A stretch of DNA of 63,702 bases, counting the filler, from Stramenopiles sp. TOSAG23-2 (Eukaryota): assembly GCA_900128395.1 (NCBI GenBank). It is 27 parts of 27 records of this genome, joined end to end, with 100 filler letters (N's around TTAATTAATTAA, not from the genome) between each part and the next. Parts side by side here need not be neighbours in the genome. Positions count along the whole stretch, not along the records: positions 19,057 to 22,760 come from LT651122.1; positions 22,861 to 26,563 come from LT651123.1; positions 26,664 to 30,365 come from LT651124.1; positions 30,466 to 34,164 come from LT651125.1; positions 34,265 to 37,956 come from LT651126.1; 22 more parts are not named here. One strand, written 5' to 3'. A program made the position numbers and the translations under genes. Under the pieces are notes generated by a model. The model saw only the letters and a program-made list of their open reading frames with translations, was not told the DNA's origin and searched no databases. Below, piece by piece: positions 22,702 through 34,755 of the stretch; position 1 is the stretch's first letter; each line of letters opens with the position of its first letter.

Positions 22702-23715
22702 TTTTTGCGTTTTTTATCTTGATATATAGGTTTGAATAAATAATTTTGTTATCAAAAATGNNNNNNNNNNNNNNNNNNNNNNNNNNNNNNNNNNNNNNNN
22801 NNNNTTAATTAATTAANNNNNNNNNNNNNNNNNNNNNNNNNNNNNNNNNNNNNNNNNNNNAATTACAGCAAGTGTCGTGAAAAAATGTGATACAATTATG
22901 CATCATACGTAAAAAGAATTCTTTTTCGTCCCTGCTGGGCTGCGCTGGGTGTATATATCATGTGTGGGAAGAGTGTCAGAGACTGGAGTTTGTAAGAGAT
23001 AGATATTAGATGCACACCTTAGACGAGTACGAAGTTCGTTAGGAGCTTATGTGTGGTTAAAACGTGAAAGACGAAAGACGAAAGAGAGCGAAGAGAGAGA
23101 TTTTCAATATTAATTAAAAAAATAATAAAAATTTTATATTTCATATTCAATGTCATATACACTCAAATCTCAAATCTCAAAACAGAATTAAAGAGAGAAT
23201 AAAAATGTATTTTTCTAAATACTACAGTAGTGAAGCTCTATTAATAATGCACCTTCTGCAACCTTAAGGTTTCTATTGTGTTTCTAATCCTTCCACGTGC
23301 GCACCTCGGTTGAATGCGGGTTTCATTCGAAAACGGTGAGGCTGTCATATTTAAAAAAATTATTAACGCTCTCGTAGGCTGGTATGATATTGAGAATGTG
23401 CGAATGATGGTGAAAAAATCTAATTACATAAAGTTTTACCATTTTACGAAGGTAATAATAACTAGAGAGTTCTTATATAATATATATATATAGAATTTAT
23501 GGGAACTTTTTTTTACGGTTCGTAACAGACATTTTTACGGTTCGTATTTTTCATAATCCTTTATCCCATATGTGTGTGTATGATGTATAGTATGAGATAC
23601 TTTTTTATAATTATAAAATACGAATTAACTCTCCTCCTTCCTGTGTGATGATGTGATATATATATATATATATGTACATATATTAATTACACCCTTGATC
23701 TTCAACGATTTTTAA

Positions 23716-23994
23716 CTACTGTACAATTCCCGATGTTGCCCAAAGACCTAATACCAACATACACAATACCCATGATGTAATAATTGGAGTTTCTTCATTC
23801 CAAAAAACGTTATCTGAACCAATTACAAATATGATAAGAAAAACACAACCAGCATAGAAGGTACGATAATCGTTCCAATCATCAATATCACCATCAGAAG
23901 CACAAAAAACATTTAATATCTGATACGCAAAAATTAAGACAAAAAAATAAATTGATGACAGACGTTTGAAACTACTATGGTGTGATAAATCCAT
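23716..23994 (-). CDS. Small three-TM hypothetical membrane protein
   Basis: From MDLSHH: three hydrophobic segments separated by short polar loops. Confidence 0.5.
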   Translation of the reverse strand: MDLSHHSSFKRLSSIYFFVLIFAYQILNVFCASDGDIDDWNDYRTFYAGCVFLIIFVIGSDNVFWNEETPIITSWVLCMLVLGLWATSGIVQ

Positions 23995-24962
23995 CACTAA
24001 CTGTACAAAATACGTATATATGTATTGTATTGTTGTTGTTGTTGTTGTTGTTATATAGATTATTAGTAAAGTCAATATAATTCAACTATTTATCAACTCA
24101 ATGAAAGAAGAAAAAAAAAGCGTAATTATATTAGTTTATATATATATATGTAAATAAAAATATAGATCGTACTTGTGTTGTTTTATCTATCTATATTGCT
24201 GTTGTTTTATTATCCTATTTATAATTATTTGTTACAACAATAAAATGGATTATAGATAGTAACTGTGTTTACACCACGTTTGTATATTTATGTAACTAAA
24301 AAGACATTAATAGAAGATTACAATAGCAACAACAACAACGTTATTATAGTTATTATAGACTCCTCTAACTACTATAATAATTTCTACCTTCTAATTGGCT
24401 AACTGGCTAATATTAATATTATTAATAATAACCACCAGGAAAACCCGAACTTATAGTATAATATTAATAATTAATACCAGGTATTTAACATTATAGTCTC
24501 GAAACAAAAAATTTTGCCATTTTGCCATTTTTGCCGTCGTCCTTTTCCTGCGCACCGTGCGCCTGCAACTGCACAGCAGCACAGCACACAGCAGTGCACA
24601 GTTTCTTTGTTCCTCCAACAGCTGGACAGCAGGCCAAAGTTGAGTATATGAGTATATAAGTAGTCAAGAGTCAAGAGTCAAGAATCAATACAGGTAACAT
24701 AGAACATAGAGGTTGGAGGTATCTTTCGTCCTGGGAAAACGTAGAGATTTGGACCTGGAAGATCCTATGGTGTCCAGAGAAACATAGAGGTATCAACAAC
24801 AAGAATTTTTTTTCTTTTTTTAAATAAAGGTACCTGAGAAGAGGAAGAGAGATTTGCATTTGGATAAATATTATATAAAGTAAGATACAATAATATAGGA
24901 TATATTCAGCAAAAAAGTTTTGTGAAGAGAGTGATTGCATATATTATATTATCATTTGAGTT

Positions 24963-26159
24963 ATGAAATTACAAGATTGCATGCAAAAAAAATGTATCGT
25001 TATATGGATGGTTCTTTGTACAATACCATTATTAGTTTTACAATATAATACCAAGGACGATGGACATCCATGCGAGTTTAATTGTGAAAAGGAATGGATA
25101 AATGATAGGAATAATTTAAAAGTTATAAAAGATCGTCAAAAAAGCCCACAAACAGACCATTTTCTTGCCACAACTGTTAACTTTCTAGGAGAAAATAAAA
25201 TAGTTGAAGTAGTTACAGATAAACCATGGGAAGAGGAAATTCCAAGAGATGAAAGTTGTAATTTTAATATTATTGATCTTGGCAGTTCAGTTCCAATTCG
25301 TTCAATTGAGCTATGCCGAATTGTAAAATGTTGTAAACATTTAAGTGCAATGGATCCATCCCGTTTAGCAATGAAATTAGGACGTGAATATGCAACCGAA
25401 CGGCTTGGTTCTGTTTTTAATTTTAAACCAATTGTAGGGATGATCAATACAGTCAAAGGTACCGCTTTTGGTAAAAAAGAACAATATGACTTGGTAATGA
25501 CAGCACAAATGTTACAACATGTACCACGTAATAGCTATGTCGAAACGTTTAAAATATTACATAATAATATAAAGTTTGGAGGACATATAATAACAAATGA
25601 AATTTCAATGGCGCCATTGAATGAAACAACAATTATGAATCCAATGTATTGGGTACCATTAAATTTGTTTTATCGTAGGATGTGGAATTGTATACATGGT
25701 GAGATTTTTTCTGTATATTTATATCTAACAGAACGTTATGAATATGAATATATGCTGTGTGATAAATATTCTGAATTATCAAAACCATCAAAAGATTTTT
25801 CGTATGTGTATAGTAAAAATAATGATAAAAAACTAGAAAAAATACCAAAAGTAATACATTGGTATAAAAGGAAAATGGATGATGAAGAAATATCAAATAA
25901 ATATCCAAAAGGAAGAATTTTAATGGATGGTTTAGGTGATAATTGGGTATACAATATGCGAATGTGTACAGGCATACTAAGAAAAAAAAAATTAAGTGAA
26001 TTGCCACCAGATTTACCTCCATTTGAAGAACAACTTTTAAATATTATTAAAAAATTAAAAACACCTGGATACGACAAGCCGTGTAAACCTGATGGTAGAA
26101 GTGTAATAAATGTTTTCAAATCAAATCAATCAATCAATGCAAATCTTGGTTTGTATTAA
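24963..26159 (+). CDS. Type II membrane protein with a class I SAM-dependent methyltransferase-like domain
   Basis: N-terminal anchor; IIDLGSS (motif I-like), YDLVMTAQMLQHVP and IKFGGHII. Confidence 0.6.
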   Translation: MKLQDCMQKKCIVIWMVLCTIPLLVLQYNTKDDGHPCEFNCEKEWINDRNNLKVIKDRQKSPQTDHFLATTVNFLGENKIVEVVTDKPWEEEIPRDESCNFNIIDLGSSVPIRSIELCRIVKCCKHLSAMDPSRLAMKLGREYATERLGSVFNFKPIVGMINTVKGTAFGKKEQYDLVMTAQMLQHVPRNSYVETFKILHNNIKFGGHIITNEISMAPLNETTIMNPMYWVPLNLFYRRMWNCIHGEIFSVYLYLTERYEYEYMLCDKYSELSKPSKDFSYVYSKNNDKKLEKIPKVIHWYKRKMDDEEISNKYPKGRILMDGLGDNWVYNMRMCTGILRKKKLSELPPDLPPFEEQLLNIIKKLKTPGYDKPCKPDGRSVINVFKSNQSINANLGLY

Positions 26160-26400
26160 ATGAGTTTTAGTAGTTTTAGTTAGTAGCGAGGTGAAATGGT
26201 GAATTTGAAATTTTTGAAGATAGGATATATAGACAGACACACACACACACTTATAATCTACTACTACAATTGTATATGAATATTCTATTATAAACATTTA
26301 CAAAAACATATAGTTAAACAATACATGCATTAATAATGTATACTATAAATTCAAATATATACATATGGACCCGATATAATTGTTCCTGTGCCGGCCAGAC

Positions 26401-26556
26401 ACCGATTTTCGGTACAAATTTTTTAGTGTACTTAAACACTATATTCCCTATCAAATACACAAAATTAATCCAAAACTCCTGAACACCGATTAATTTGTGT
26501 ATTTGATAGGTAATATATTGTTTAAGTATACAAAACAATTTGTACCGAAAATCGGT
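26401..26556. mobile_element. Foldback/MITE-like element with ~70-bp imperfect inverted arms
   Basis: 26401-26470 (ACCGATTTTCGGTACAAATT...CAAAATTAATC) pairs with 26488-26556 around a 17-nt loop. Confidence 0.75.
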
Positions 26557-26665
26557 AAAGGGTNNNNNNNNNNNNNNNNNNNNNNNNNNNNNNNNNNNNN
26601 NNNNNNNTTAATTAATTAANNNNNNNNNNNNNNNNNNNNNNNNNNNNNNNNNNNNNNNNNNNNGT

Positions 26666-26838
26666 TTCTACCATTGAAGCAGCACGTATTTTAAAAATTC
26701 ATTATAAAATGGTTTATTTTAATACAAACAATTTTGTTAGTTTTTTTTTTCTTTGTTATTAGGCTTATTTTAAAACACGTGTTAAACCCCTGCAATTAAT
26801 TTGAAAAATATTTAAGGTATATACGAAAAATGGTCAAA
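26666..26838 (+). repeat. Left arm of a long inverted repeat bracketing the ARMC2 contig
   Basis: TTCTACCATTGAAGCAGCA...AAAAATGGTCAAA is the near-exact reverse complement of 30189-30365. Confidence 0.9.
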
Positions 26839-27215
26839 TGTAATACATCATACAAAAATGAGTGAAATATAGGCACTTCATTTATTTTTTTTTTAATTTT
26901 GTCACCTTAAACCACAGATATCCACGCTTGTAATATATAGAGGATAGGATTAATAAATATATTGACGTTATAGATTTTTAAATATTTTGAATGAATCGAG
27001 AAATATAATAATTCATGTATATATTCGAAATATACTGGACATATATTTTATGTATTCTTATTTACAAATAATTAACATACCGAATATATATATATATAAT
27101 TAGCATATTCTTGGGGTTTTGTTTTTCCTTGTTGCATATTATTACATATTGGTATTCGTAATTGTTTTTTAATAATATTTTTTGACATTATTTTTTTTTT
27201 ATATATATATATAAG

Positions 27216-30152
27216 ATGATATCTGATGATGCAAAAAATGAAAGAAGTACAATATATCAAGTATTAGAACAAGCACGTGCATCGTTAAGTGATCCTAAAC
27301 GGCCAACAACACCTGCTGAATCAATGCGACGTTCATTATTTTCTGGTGAAGATTATCGTCCAGAAAGTCGACCAACATCTGCATTTCATTTGGATGGTGG
27401 TTCAACAAGTGCTGCTTTTCATATGAATGATGGATATGATAATAATAAATATTTCTATGACAATAATAGCGGTAACGTTTTGAATACTAATACTGGTTAT
27501 GGTCAATCTGGACAAAGAAGGAAAAAGAAAAAGAAAAAACGTGGTGGTAGTAATAAAAGTTCTAATAATAGTAATTGTGTTGATAACAGCCACAACGACA
27601 TTAGTAGTAGTAGCAGTAGAAAAGAAAATGAAATGAGTATGACGCAACAACCAGCCTCAGAATGGGGTTGGGGTGTAACAAACTCTAGTGACAATATGGT
27701 TGAGGTATGCGATACTACAAATCAACCATTCCAAGTAACTATTACAAAAAAAGGAGATGAGGTAGTTGGAGACAAAGAAAGTACAATGATAATGAAAAAG
27801 AAGAAAAGTAAAAAGAGTAAAAAAAAGAAGAAAAAAAAGAAGAAACAGGAAGAAGACGAGGATGAAGCACAGAAATATGCAGAAGAGGAACAAGAGGAAG
27901 ATGAAGAAGAAAATCCATTAGATAATCCAGCTAGTGCTGAAATTGCAGCAAGATTTCAAACCCTAAAGAATTTAGAAAAAGGAATTTTAAAGGAACTTGA
28001 TCCGAAAACATCGACAGATATTTTACTTTTAAAACTAGCTGCCGTAGAAGCTTCTGTAGGCGATTTGACTATGGGAGGTATTGATAGCCCCAATTATTCA
28101 ATAATTGGTATGGATGGTAAAAGTATAGAGGAAAGTACGATACGTATAAGGCAGCAAGCAATGCGTGCTTTATACAAACTAATGAAATTAAATATACCAC
28201 GTTTGCAACTATGTGTTGCAAAATTAATATTGCGAATAGCAGCTGCGGCTGCTGTGCAAGATTTACAAAGCAAAGATACAAACGGTGTTAACAAAGCCGA
28301 TGAAACTAGCCGACGGCACAAACAAATGGTAACTGCATTGAGACTTTTATTTTCATTAAGCAAATCGAAAAAGCATGATGAACTCTTTCGAAAGGAACGT
28401 ATTATACATACGTTGTTGGAGTTACTATCAGGTGAAGCTGGTGAAGATAGAAGACGTAGGACAAAGAAAAACAGACCTAGAAAAGCACGTGTGCGATTTA
28501 AGCTTGATATTTTAACATATGCAACTGGAACATTGAAAAATGTATGTACGTTAAACAAAGATAATCAGAAATTGATGGCAACGCAAGGTGCTATAACGAC
28601 ATTAGGATCTATGATGACTGCTGCATCGAAAGGATATCAAGGCCCACATGAAAAACAAGTAGCACAATTACTAATTCAAATTACAGGTACATTGCGCAAC
28701 TTATCCGGTGATAAAAGGCATTTAAAACAATTTTGGACTGCACGTGTGGTACAAACATTGTGCCATATCGTTTGTACGTTTCCGATGACACACTCTGAAT
28801 TGATGTTGAATATTGTACGCATTTTAAGCAAATTGTCTTTGCATGCCGCTGGTCGTTCTCGTATCGCTGGTGAGGAAAGTGATGATAATGGCCAACAGAC
28901 ATTGGAAGCATTGCTTACATTATGCAATAAATATAAAAATCATAATGCCATGTTGGTTAGAACATTTTTTGTACTTGGAAATTTAACAGCTGGTGCATCT
29001 GATGATAATCGACGCATACTTGCTGATGCGTTAATTAAATGCGATGATGATGAAGAAGATGATGATGATGACAATGACTCACAAGATGTGGAGCCTAATA
29101 GCACACCAGGTTATAAAAGTGGTATTACAACTTTATCCAATTTATTGGCATTTCATACTGTCAATTTAATTAAAGCTAGTTTTGTAATATCAGAAGAAAC
29201 CATTAAACCTAAAGAGACTGCTGAAGTATTAGTTAAAATAGTTCGTTTAATAGCAAATATGTCTATTGCTGCTGGTCCAGGTAATCGATTTGCACGTTCA
29301 AGTGGTATTAAAACCTTGGTCACTTTATTGGCGGATGTGAAAGGTATTGAATACGAAGAATTACAATTAAATGTTGTCAGTGCAATTAGCAATTTATCCT
29401 TTTATGCTATACCGGGAAATCATCATGATGGTGGTGATGATAAAAAAGTATCTGCCTCTTTGCATTTCATGGAAACGGAAGGTGAAAAAGTCATTAATTT
29501 AATGACACAATTGTTGTTGGAAAATGATCAAGAAGAAGGAATATTGGAAGCGTCGCGCGCATTTGCAAACTTTTCACGTTGTCCTAAATTAAGAGATTAT
29601 TTATCTGTAACAAGGAGTGATGAAATATTTGTTTTGCTTTTAGAACATGAAAATCGTGACATTGTTATGTCTGTATGTGGTGTATTGATGAATTTAGCTG
29701 CATGCGATGAAGGTAAAAAGTTAATTCGTAGTAAAGATACTCAAGGTATTAATAAATTGTTAAGTGTAATACGTGATGCTGGAACTAATGATTTGGAAAT
29801 GTCTACTCTAGCATGTAAAGTATTGCATAATTCATGTTTAGATGGTGGTAATACAGCAAGTGTTGATTCACTTGGAGGGGGAAGCATGATTAGAAAAATC
29901 TGCAATTCATTGGATGAATTAGTAGATGTTGTAGAAGATATTGTAAATGATGAAGAGGAGGAAGAACAAGAAGATGAATATGGAGATAATGAAAATGATC
30001 TTGAACTGGAACGTCACTTTTTAGAAGTCGGTAGCAGTTTGTTAAAGTTATTGTCTGGATTTACGATTTCCAGTGAAGATGAATTGGTGCCATTATCCGG
30101 TGTAGAAGAAGAAGAGGAAGATGAGACAAGTCGCAGCAGTAGAAAAAAATAA
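27216..30152 (+). CDS. ARMC2: Armadillo repeat-containing protein 2-like (ciliary)
   Basis: N-terminal ARASL..PKRPTTP..RRSLFSGEDYRPESRPTSAF, then ARM repeats YATGTLKNV, QITGTLRNL, RTFFVLGNLTA, KIVRLIANMSI, EASRAFANFSR. Confidence 0.85.
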   Translation: MISDDAKNERSTIYQVLEQARASLSDPKRPTTPAESMRRSLFSGEDYRPESRPTSAFHLDGGSTSAAFHMNDGYDNNKYFYDNNSGNVLNTNTGYGQSGQRRKKKKKKRGGSNKSSNNSNCVDNSHNDISSSSSRKENEMSMTQQPASEWGWGVTNSSDNMVEVCDTTNQPFQVTITKKGDEVVGDKESTMIMKKKKSKKSKKKKKKKKKQEEDEDEAQKYAEEEQEEDEEENPLDNPASAEIAARFQTLKNLEKGILKELDPKTSTDILLLKLAAVEASVGDLTMGGIDSPNYSIIGMDGKSIEESTIRIRQQAMRALYKLMKLNIPRLQLCVAKLILRIAAAAAVQDLQSKDTNGVNKADETSRRHKQMVTALRLLFSLSKSKKHDELFRKERIIHTLLELLSGEAGEDRRRRTKKNRPRKARVRFKLDILTYATGTLKNVCTLNKDNQKLMATQGAITTLGSMMTAASKGYQGPHEKQVAQLLIQITGTLRNLSGDKRHLKQFWTARVVQTLCHIVCTFPMTHSELMLNIVRILSKLSLHAAGRSRIAGEESDDNGQQTLEALLTLCNKYKNHNAMLVRTFFVLGNLTAGASDDNRRILADALIKCDDDEEDDDDDNDSQDVEPNSTPGYKSGITTLSNLLAFHTVNLIKASFVISEETIKPKETAEVLVKIVRLIANMSIAAGPGNRFARSSGIKTLVTLLADVKGIEYEELQLNVVSAISNLSFYAIPGNHHDGGDDKKVSASLHFMETEGEKVINLMTQLLLENDQEEGILEASRAFANFSRCPKLRDYLSVTRSDEIFVLLLEHENRDIVMSVCGVLMNLAACDEGKKLIRSKDTQGINKLLSVIRDAGTNDLEMSTLACKVLHNSCLDGGNTASVDSLGGGSMIRKICNSLDELVDVVEDIVNDEEEEEQEDEYGDNENDLELERHFLEVGSSLLKLLSGFTISSEDELVPLSGVEEEEEDETSRSSRKK

Positions 30153-30188
30153 AAATTTTTATAGTATATTTTTATAGTATATATTGAC

Positions 30189-30365
30189 TTTGACCATTTT
30201 TCGTATATAATACCTTAAATATTTTTCAAATGAATTACAGAAGTGTAACACGTGTTTTAAAATAAGCCTAATAACAATGGAAAAAAAAAGGTAACAAAAT
30301 TGTTACCAAAAAAATAAACCATTTTATAATGAATTTTTAAAATACCTGCTGCTTCAATGGTAGAA
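30189..30365 (-). repeat. Right arm of the long inverted repeat bracketing the ARMC2 contig
   Basis: Its reverse complement matches 26666-26838 with scattered mismatches and indels. Confidence 0.9.
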
Positions 30366-31121
30366 NNNNNNNNNNNNNNNNNNNNNNNNNNNNNNNNNNN
30401 NNNNNNNNNTTAATTAATTAANNNNNNNNNNNNNNNNNNNNNNNNNNNNNNNNNNNNNNNNNNNNACATTAGGGTAATGGAAAATACCAAAAAAAGCTCC
30501 ATATAGCGAGTACACAGCATGGTATAATGGCACATAAGATAGTTCGACAGCTTTAATTTATTCCACATCAATACATCAATACACACACTAACACCATAAC
30601 ACCATTCCTAAATCAAACAACAACCACATTAACATGTCAACTACTCCTCAGAAAACCTTAACGAGCAAATCCACTACACGCACCTCAAGAATCGGAGCGT
30701 AGCTACCAGCTATAGCGTATTTAGTCAACATCTCACTATCTCACTTTGGAATCAATATTTTGTTTAAGGTGTAGAAATGGAACCATTCAGAATTCAGCTC
30801 CATACGCAGTACACAGCATTGAGAATATAATTAATAACATGGCACAGAATAGCAAAAATAATCATCATTTTAATTTGCGCGCGGGGGGATCGATGATTTT
30901 CTCGACTCGACTTGTGGATACAAAAAAACAAACAAATTGAATGGATATATATCTATCCATGTGGTTGTTTATATAGCAAAATATAGAATAACAGTGTTGA
31001 AACACATATTCATTTTTTGGTACCATTACATTCTCATATATATATTAGTAATAAGTAGTGATAATACTGTTGTCGTATCAATTTTCAACTGGTATCATAT
31101 TCATAACGGAAAAAGAAGAAG

Positions 31122-32621
31122 ATGACGGCACGTGTATGTCAAATGTTTTTGACAAAAGGCGTGACTTTGAATAAAAATGGTACACCAAAATCTGTATGTT
31201 CCTTTGCAACTTCATGTCCAAACTTTGGCAAATCAAGTTGTGGTCTAATGGACATGGAGGATTTATTTTTGAGCACTAACGTGACCAGCGAAAAGAAAAA
31301 AGTTGCGAATCTATTTTCTTCACGTCAAAATTTATTAAAACAACAACAACAAGAAAGTAATACTGAAAAAAACAAAGTAATGTCAATTTTATCAGCACGA
31401 CAAAACTTTTTGAATATTAATAACCACCATAATAATAATGATACAAATAATAAAAGTGTACAGGTTATAAACAACAACAATAGCAGCAATTCTATTACTT
31501 CAATTGACGTGGAAAATGATGTTGTCAATATTAAATTTCCTAATTTAAAAAGAGAACATGATAAGATTACAAATAATACTAATACCAACGAAAAAATTAC
31601 TACAAAAGACGAAACAATGATTAATGAAAAAATTATTTATAATAATAATGATGATGATGATCACGATGATGAGGAGATATCTTGTTATAAAAAACAATTA
31701 TCAAATGCTGATCCAACATTAATACCATTTAATTCAAGAAAAGGCAGACAATTATTTGGAAAAGCATTTGAAACAGGATTATTGGATGGTTCGTATTGGG
31801 ATTTAGGTGAAAATTACTCTACACAAAGTGAGCCATCTTTCTGTGCTCTGACTTCATTAGTAATGGCATTAAATAGTCTTGGAATTGATCCGAAAAGAAA
31901 AGCGTGGTCAACGAAACCAGAAATTCCATGGAGATGGTATACAGAAAACTCATTACTATCATGTTGCGATAAACATAAAACGTTATCAGAAATCAATCTT
32001 TCACATGGAATGAATATACATGAATTATACGAATTAGCTGAATGCCAAGATGGTGTCTCAGTAAAACATTTTTTCCCATCTGATGATTGTAAAGAAGCCG
32101 AGCTTCAAGCTGATGATCATTTTTCAGCAGCAGAGTCACCAATACCTGTAAATGAAAATATGTTTCGACAGGATTTGTTAAGTATAAGTGAACGGAATAT
32201 TACAACGGATGTTCTCGGAGCAACAGATAATGGTGAGAATCACAATGATGACGACGACGAAACATGTGCTGGAAAGCGTATGATTGTTAATTTTTCAAGA
32301 AGTGCATTGGAACAAACCGGTGAACATGGGCATTTCAGTTGTATTGGAGCATATGAAGCTGAATCAGATATGGCATTGGTAATGGAAACTGCTAGGTTTA
32401 AATACCCCCCATTTTGGGTTCCAACATCTTTATTATACAAAGCAATGGCATCGATTGACCCTGAAAGTGGATTGCCAAGGGGGTATTTACTAGTCGAACG
32501 AGACAATCAAGATATGATTATGAATCATGATGATTTTGATCAGCATTGTCATACGCATTCTTCTACATGTGGTTGTCACAATAGTAAAAACAACATGAAT
32601 ATTGTTGGAAGTGAAGGTTGA
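31122..32621 (+). CDS. PCS: Phytochelatin synthase (glutathione gamma-glutamylcysteinyltransferase)
   Basis: TQSEPSFCALTSLVMALNSLGIDP, PWRWYTENSLLSCC, GHFSCIGAY, ARFKYPPFWV, RGYLL. Confidence 0.92.
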   Translation: MTARVCQMFLTKGVTLNKNGTPKSVCSFATSCPNFGKSSCGLMDMEDLFLSTNVTSEKKKVANLFSSRQNLLKQQQQESNTEKNKVMSILSARQNFLNINNHHNNNDTNNKSVQVINNNNSSNSITSIDVENDVVNIKFPNLKREHDKITNNTNTNEKITTKDETMINEKIIYNNNDDDDHDDEEISCYKKQLSNADPTLIPFNSRKGRQLFGKAFETGLLDGSYWDLGENYSTQSEPSFCALTSLVMALNSLGIDPKRKAWSTKPEIPWRWYTENSLLSCCDKHKTLSEINLSHGMNIHELYELAECQDGVSVKHFFPSDDCKEAELQADDHFSAAESPIPVNENMFRQDLLSISERNITTDVLGATDNGENHNDDDDETCAGKRMIVNFSRSALEQTGEHGHFSCIGAYEAESDMALVMETARFKYPPFWVPTSLLYKAMASIDPESGLPRGYLLVERDNQDMIMNHDDFDQHCHTHSSTCGCHNSKNNMNIVGSEG

Positions 32622-32950
32622 ATTTATGCAGATCTAACAAAAATCTCTCTCTCATTTTTTTTATATGCATTTTTCATGAAAAGCATTTTTTATGTTCTAT
32701 ATGCCCTGGAGAGAGATAAAATATTACTTCGGTACCACTATATTACAATTGCGCATATAGTGATGTAGATTGAAAATGATGTACATATACATGATATTCA
32801 AGAGAGAGGTGTGTGTGGTGTAGTCACATATAACATTTTTAAACTCAAAGATATTTAAAATATCATAATTCCAATAATATAATATTTAAATGTACATTTG
32901 ATATCATACTTAATGTGCATATCATATAAAAAATTCATATCATATATTTT

Positions 32951-33520
32951 TCATCCCTCTTTTTTTTGAAATGCAATATCTCGCAATTTCAAATACGTTG
33001 CAAAAACATACGAGACCAGATTTCCAGTTGGAACCCAAAGCATAGGTGGTAAAAAATACATTTGGATGAAAGTATATGGAGCCCATAGCTTCCATGCTGC
33101 TGTGATTGTTGGTCTTAATTCTTCTTTCAACTGTACATTTATCTCTTCTATTTGTTTCCCTTCCAATAAGCCTATAAAAAAATACCAAACAACATAAAAG
33201 AAGGGGGTGAAAAAAACTTGATCAAAGAAACAACCAACAATCGTTCGTAAAAACAATGATTTTCCTACAAGGCGACTTTCATCTAACCGTGCATTTAAAT
33301 AGATATAAAAAGCATGCCACATTGGTGCATCAATAAAACATCCAAATATTAATTTTGCCCTAATTGTTTTCCAATTAGTTACGTTTTCATTATCATCTTT
33401 ATTATCCAATAATTGACCAGTATAATCAGCCAAGGATTTAATAATTCCACAAGTGATTCCTTTTGTAACATATGGACGACGTTCCAATAAATTTAGATAT
33501 ATGGATGCAATACCACTCAT
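32951..33520 (-). CDS. Mpv17/PMP22 family membrane protein
   Basis: YLNLLERRPYVTKGITCG..ADYTGQ, DQVFFTP, WKLWAPYTFIQMYFLP...GNLVSYVFATYL. Confidence 0.9.
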   Translation of the reverse strand: MSGIASIYLNLLERRPYVTKGITCGIIKSLADYTGQLLDNKDDNENVTNWKTIRAKLIFGCFIDAPMWHAFYIYLNARLDESRLVGKSLFLRTIVGCFFDQVFFTPFFYVVWYFFIGLLEGKQIEEINVQLKEELRPTITAAWKLWAPYTFIQMYFLPPMLWVPTGNLVSYVFATYLKLRDIAFQKKEG

Positions 33521-34005
33521 AATTAAATATGCACTCGTTTTATGTTTTGTTCTAAATGGTCGTATAATATATTATATGATAAAATATGTTTTTGTATTTT
33601 AAATATGGTGTGTAGTATGTGATGCATGTACTTATGAACTTAAACCTTGTTGATATATATTAGTACCTGTACACCTTAGTCCCCCCAGAGACGTAGATTT
33701 AGTGCTATGTGCCTTGTAAATCCCATCCAAACAGTGCAAATATCAGGTATTTTCCATCCTGTGTCAGCCTAAATTGCGTTCAAAAAAACAATCCCAAAAC
33801 AGGTGTAAATTGAGTGGATTTGGATTTTTGTATACTTGATTCTATTTTCATCCTATCCAATGTTATACTTATATCATACCATCAGCTGATATTTATTCAG
33901 TCCAATCAATATATATAATGAATGACCATTATAAAAATATATATATATATATTTAGTATCTGATGGGCATTTTACAAATAAAAAATAGCCAATATCTTTT
34001 TTTTG

Positions 34006-34092
34006 AACACAAGGTTGACGTTGAATAATTGCACAGGCCATATTTACATATAATAGAAGAACATATCATTTATTCAACGCCAGCCCTGTGTT
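34006..34092. repeat. Short imperfect inverted repeat (23-bp arms), possible MITE remnant
   Basis: AACACAAGGTTGACGTTGAATAA pairs with TTATTCAACGCCAGCCCTGTGTT. Confidence 0.55.
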
Positions 34093-34755
34093 GAGATTTT
34101 TTTTATCAAGCACGTTGTACATCATGAAATGTAAGGCCTAATTATTTATATATATTTACTTCATNNNNNNNNNNNNNNNNNNNNNNNNNNNNNNNNNNNN
34201 NNNNNNNNTTAATTAATTAANNNNNNNNNNNNNNNNNNNNNNNNNNNNNNNNNNNNNNNNNNNNTATTTTCAATGTTTTTCCTTTGTTTTCATGTAATGA
34301 AATGAAAAATCCAACATCACAACAATGAATAATAAGAATTTAGGTTGAAAATGTTGATTTTGATGAAATTTGATGAAAAATATGCGAGTTGTAATGGTAT
34401 GTAATACTTTCAACATACGACTATGGTATACGTCGCTACGCTCCTTGCTCCATTTTAAAAGGAGTGTAGCAGACCAGTATAATATTTATAGAGGAGACAC
34501 CATTAGTGTGAAGGGACCGAGTACGACTATGGTGTTAGCCGCCAGTTAGCTCTCATCAGTTTCAGCGAGAGCAAATAATAATAGTGCAATAATAATATCT
34601 TTTGTATAAGAGTTGCAAGACACATATCTATTTTTTCTATCTAAAAAATGTAATTATCACAGAGGTATTCCTGACATCGATATTCAAAATATAAAGATTA
34701 CAACATAGAAGTAAAATATAGATTGAACAAACAAAAGACAGAACAACCAATAAGA

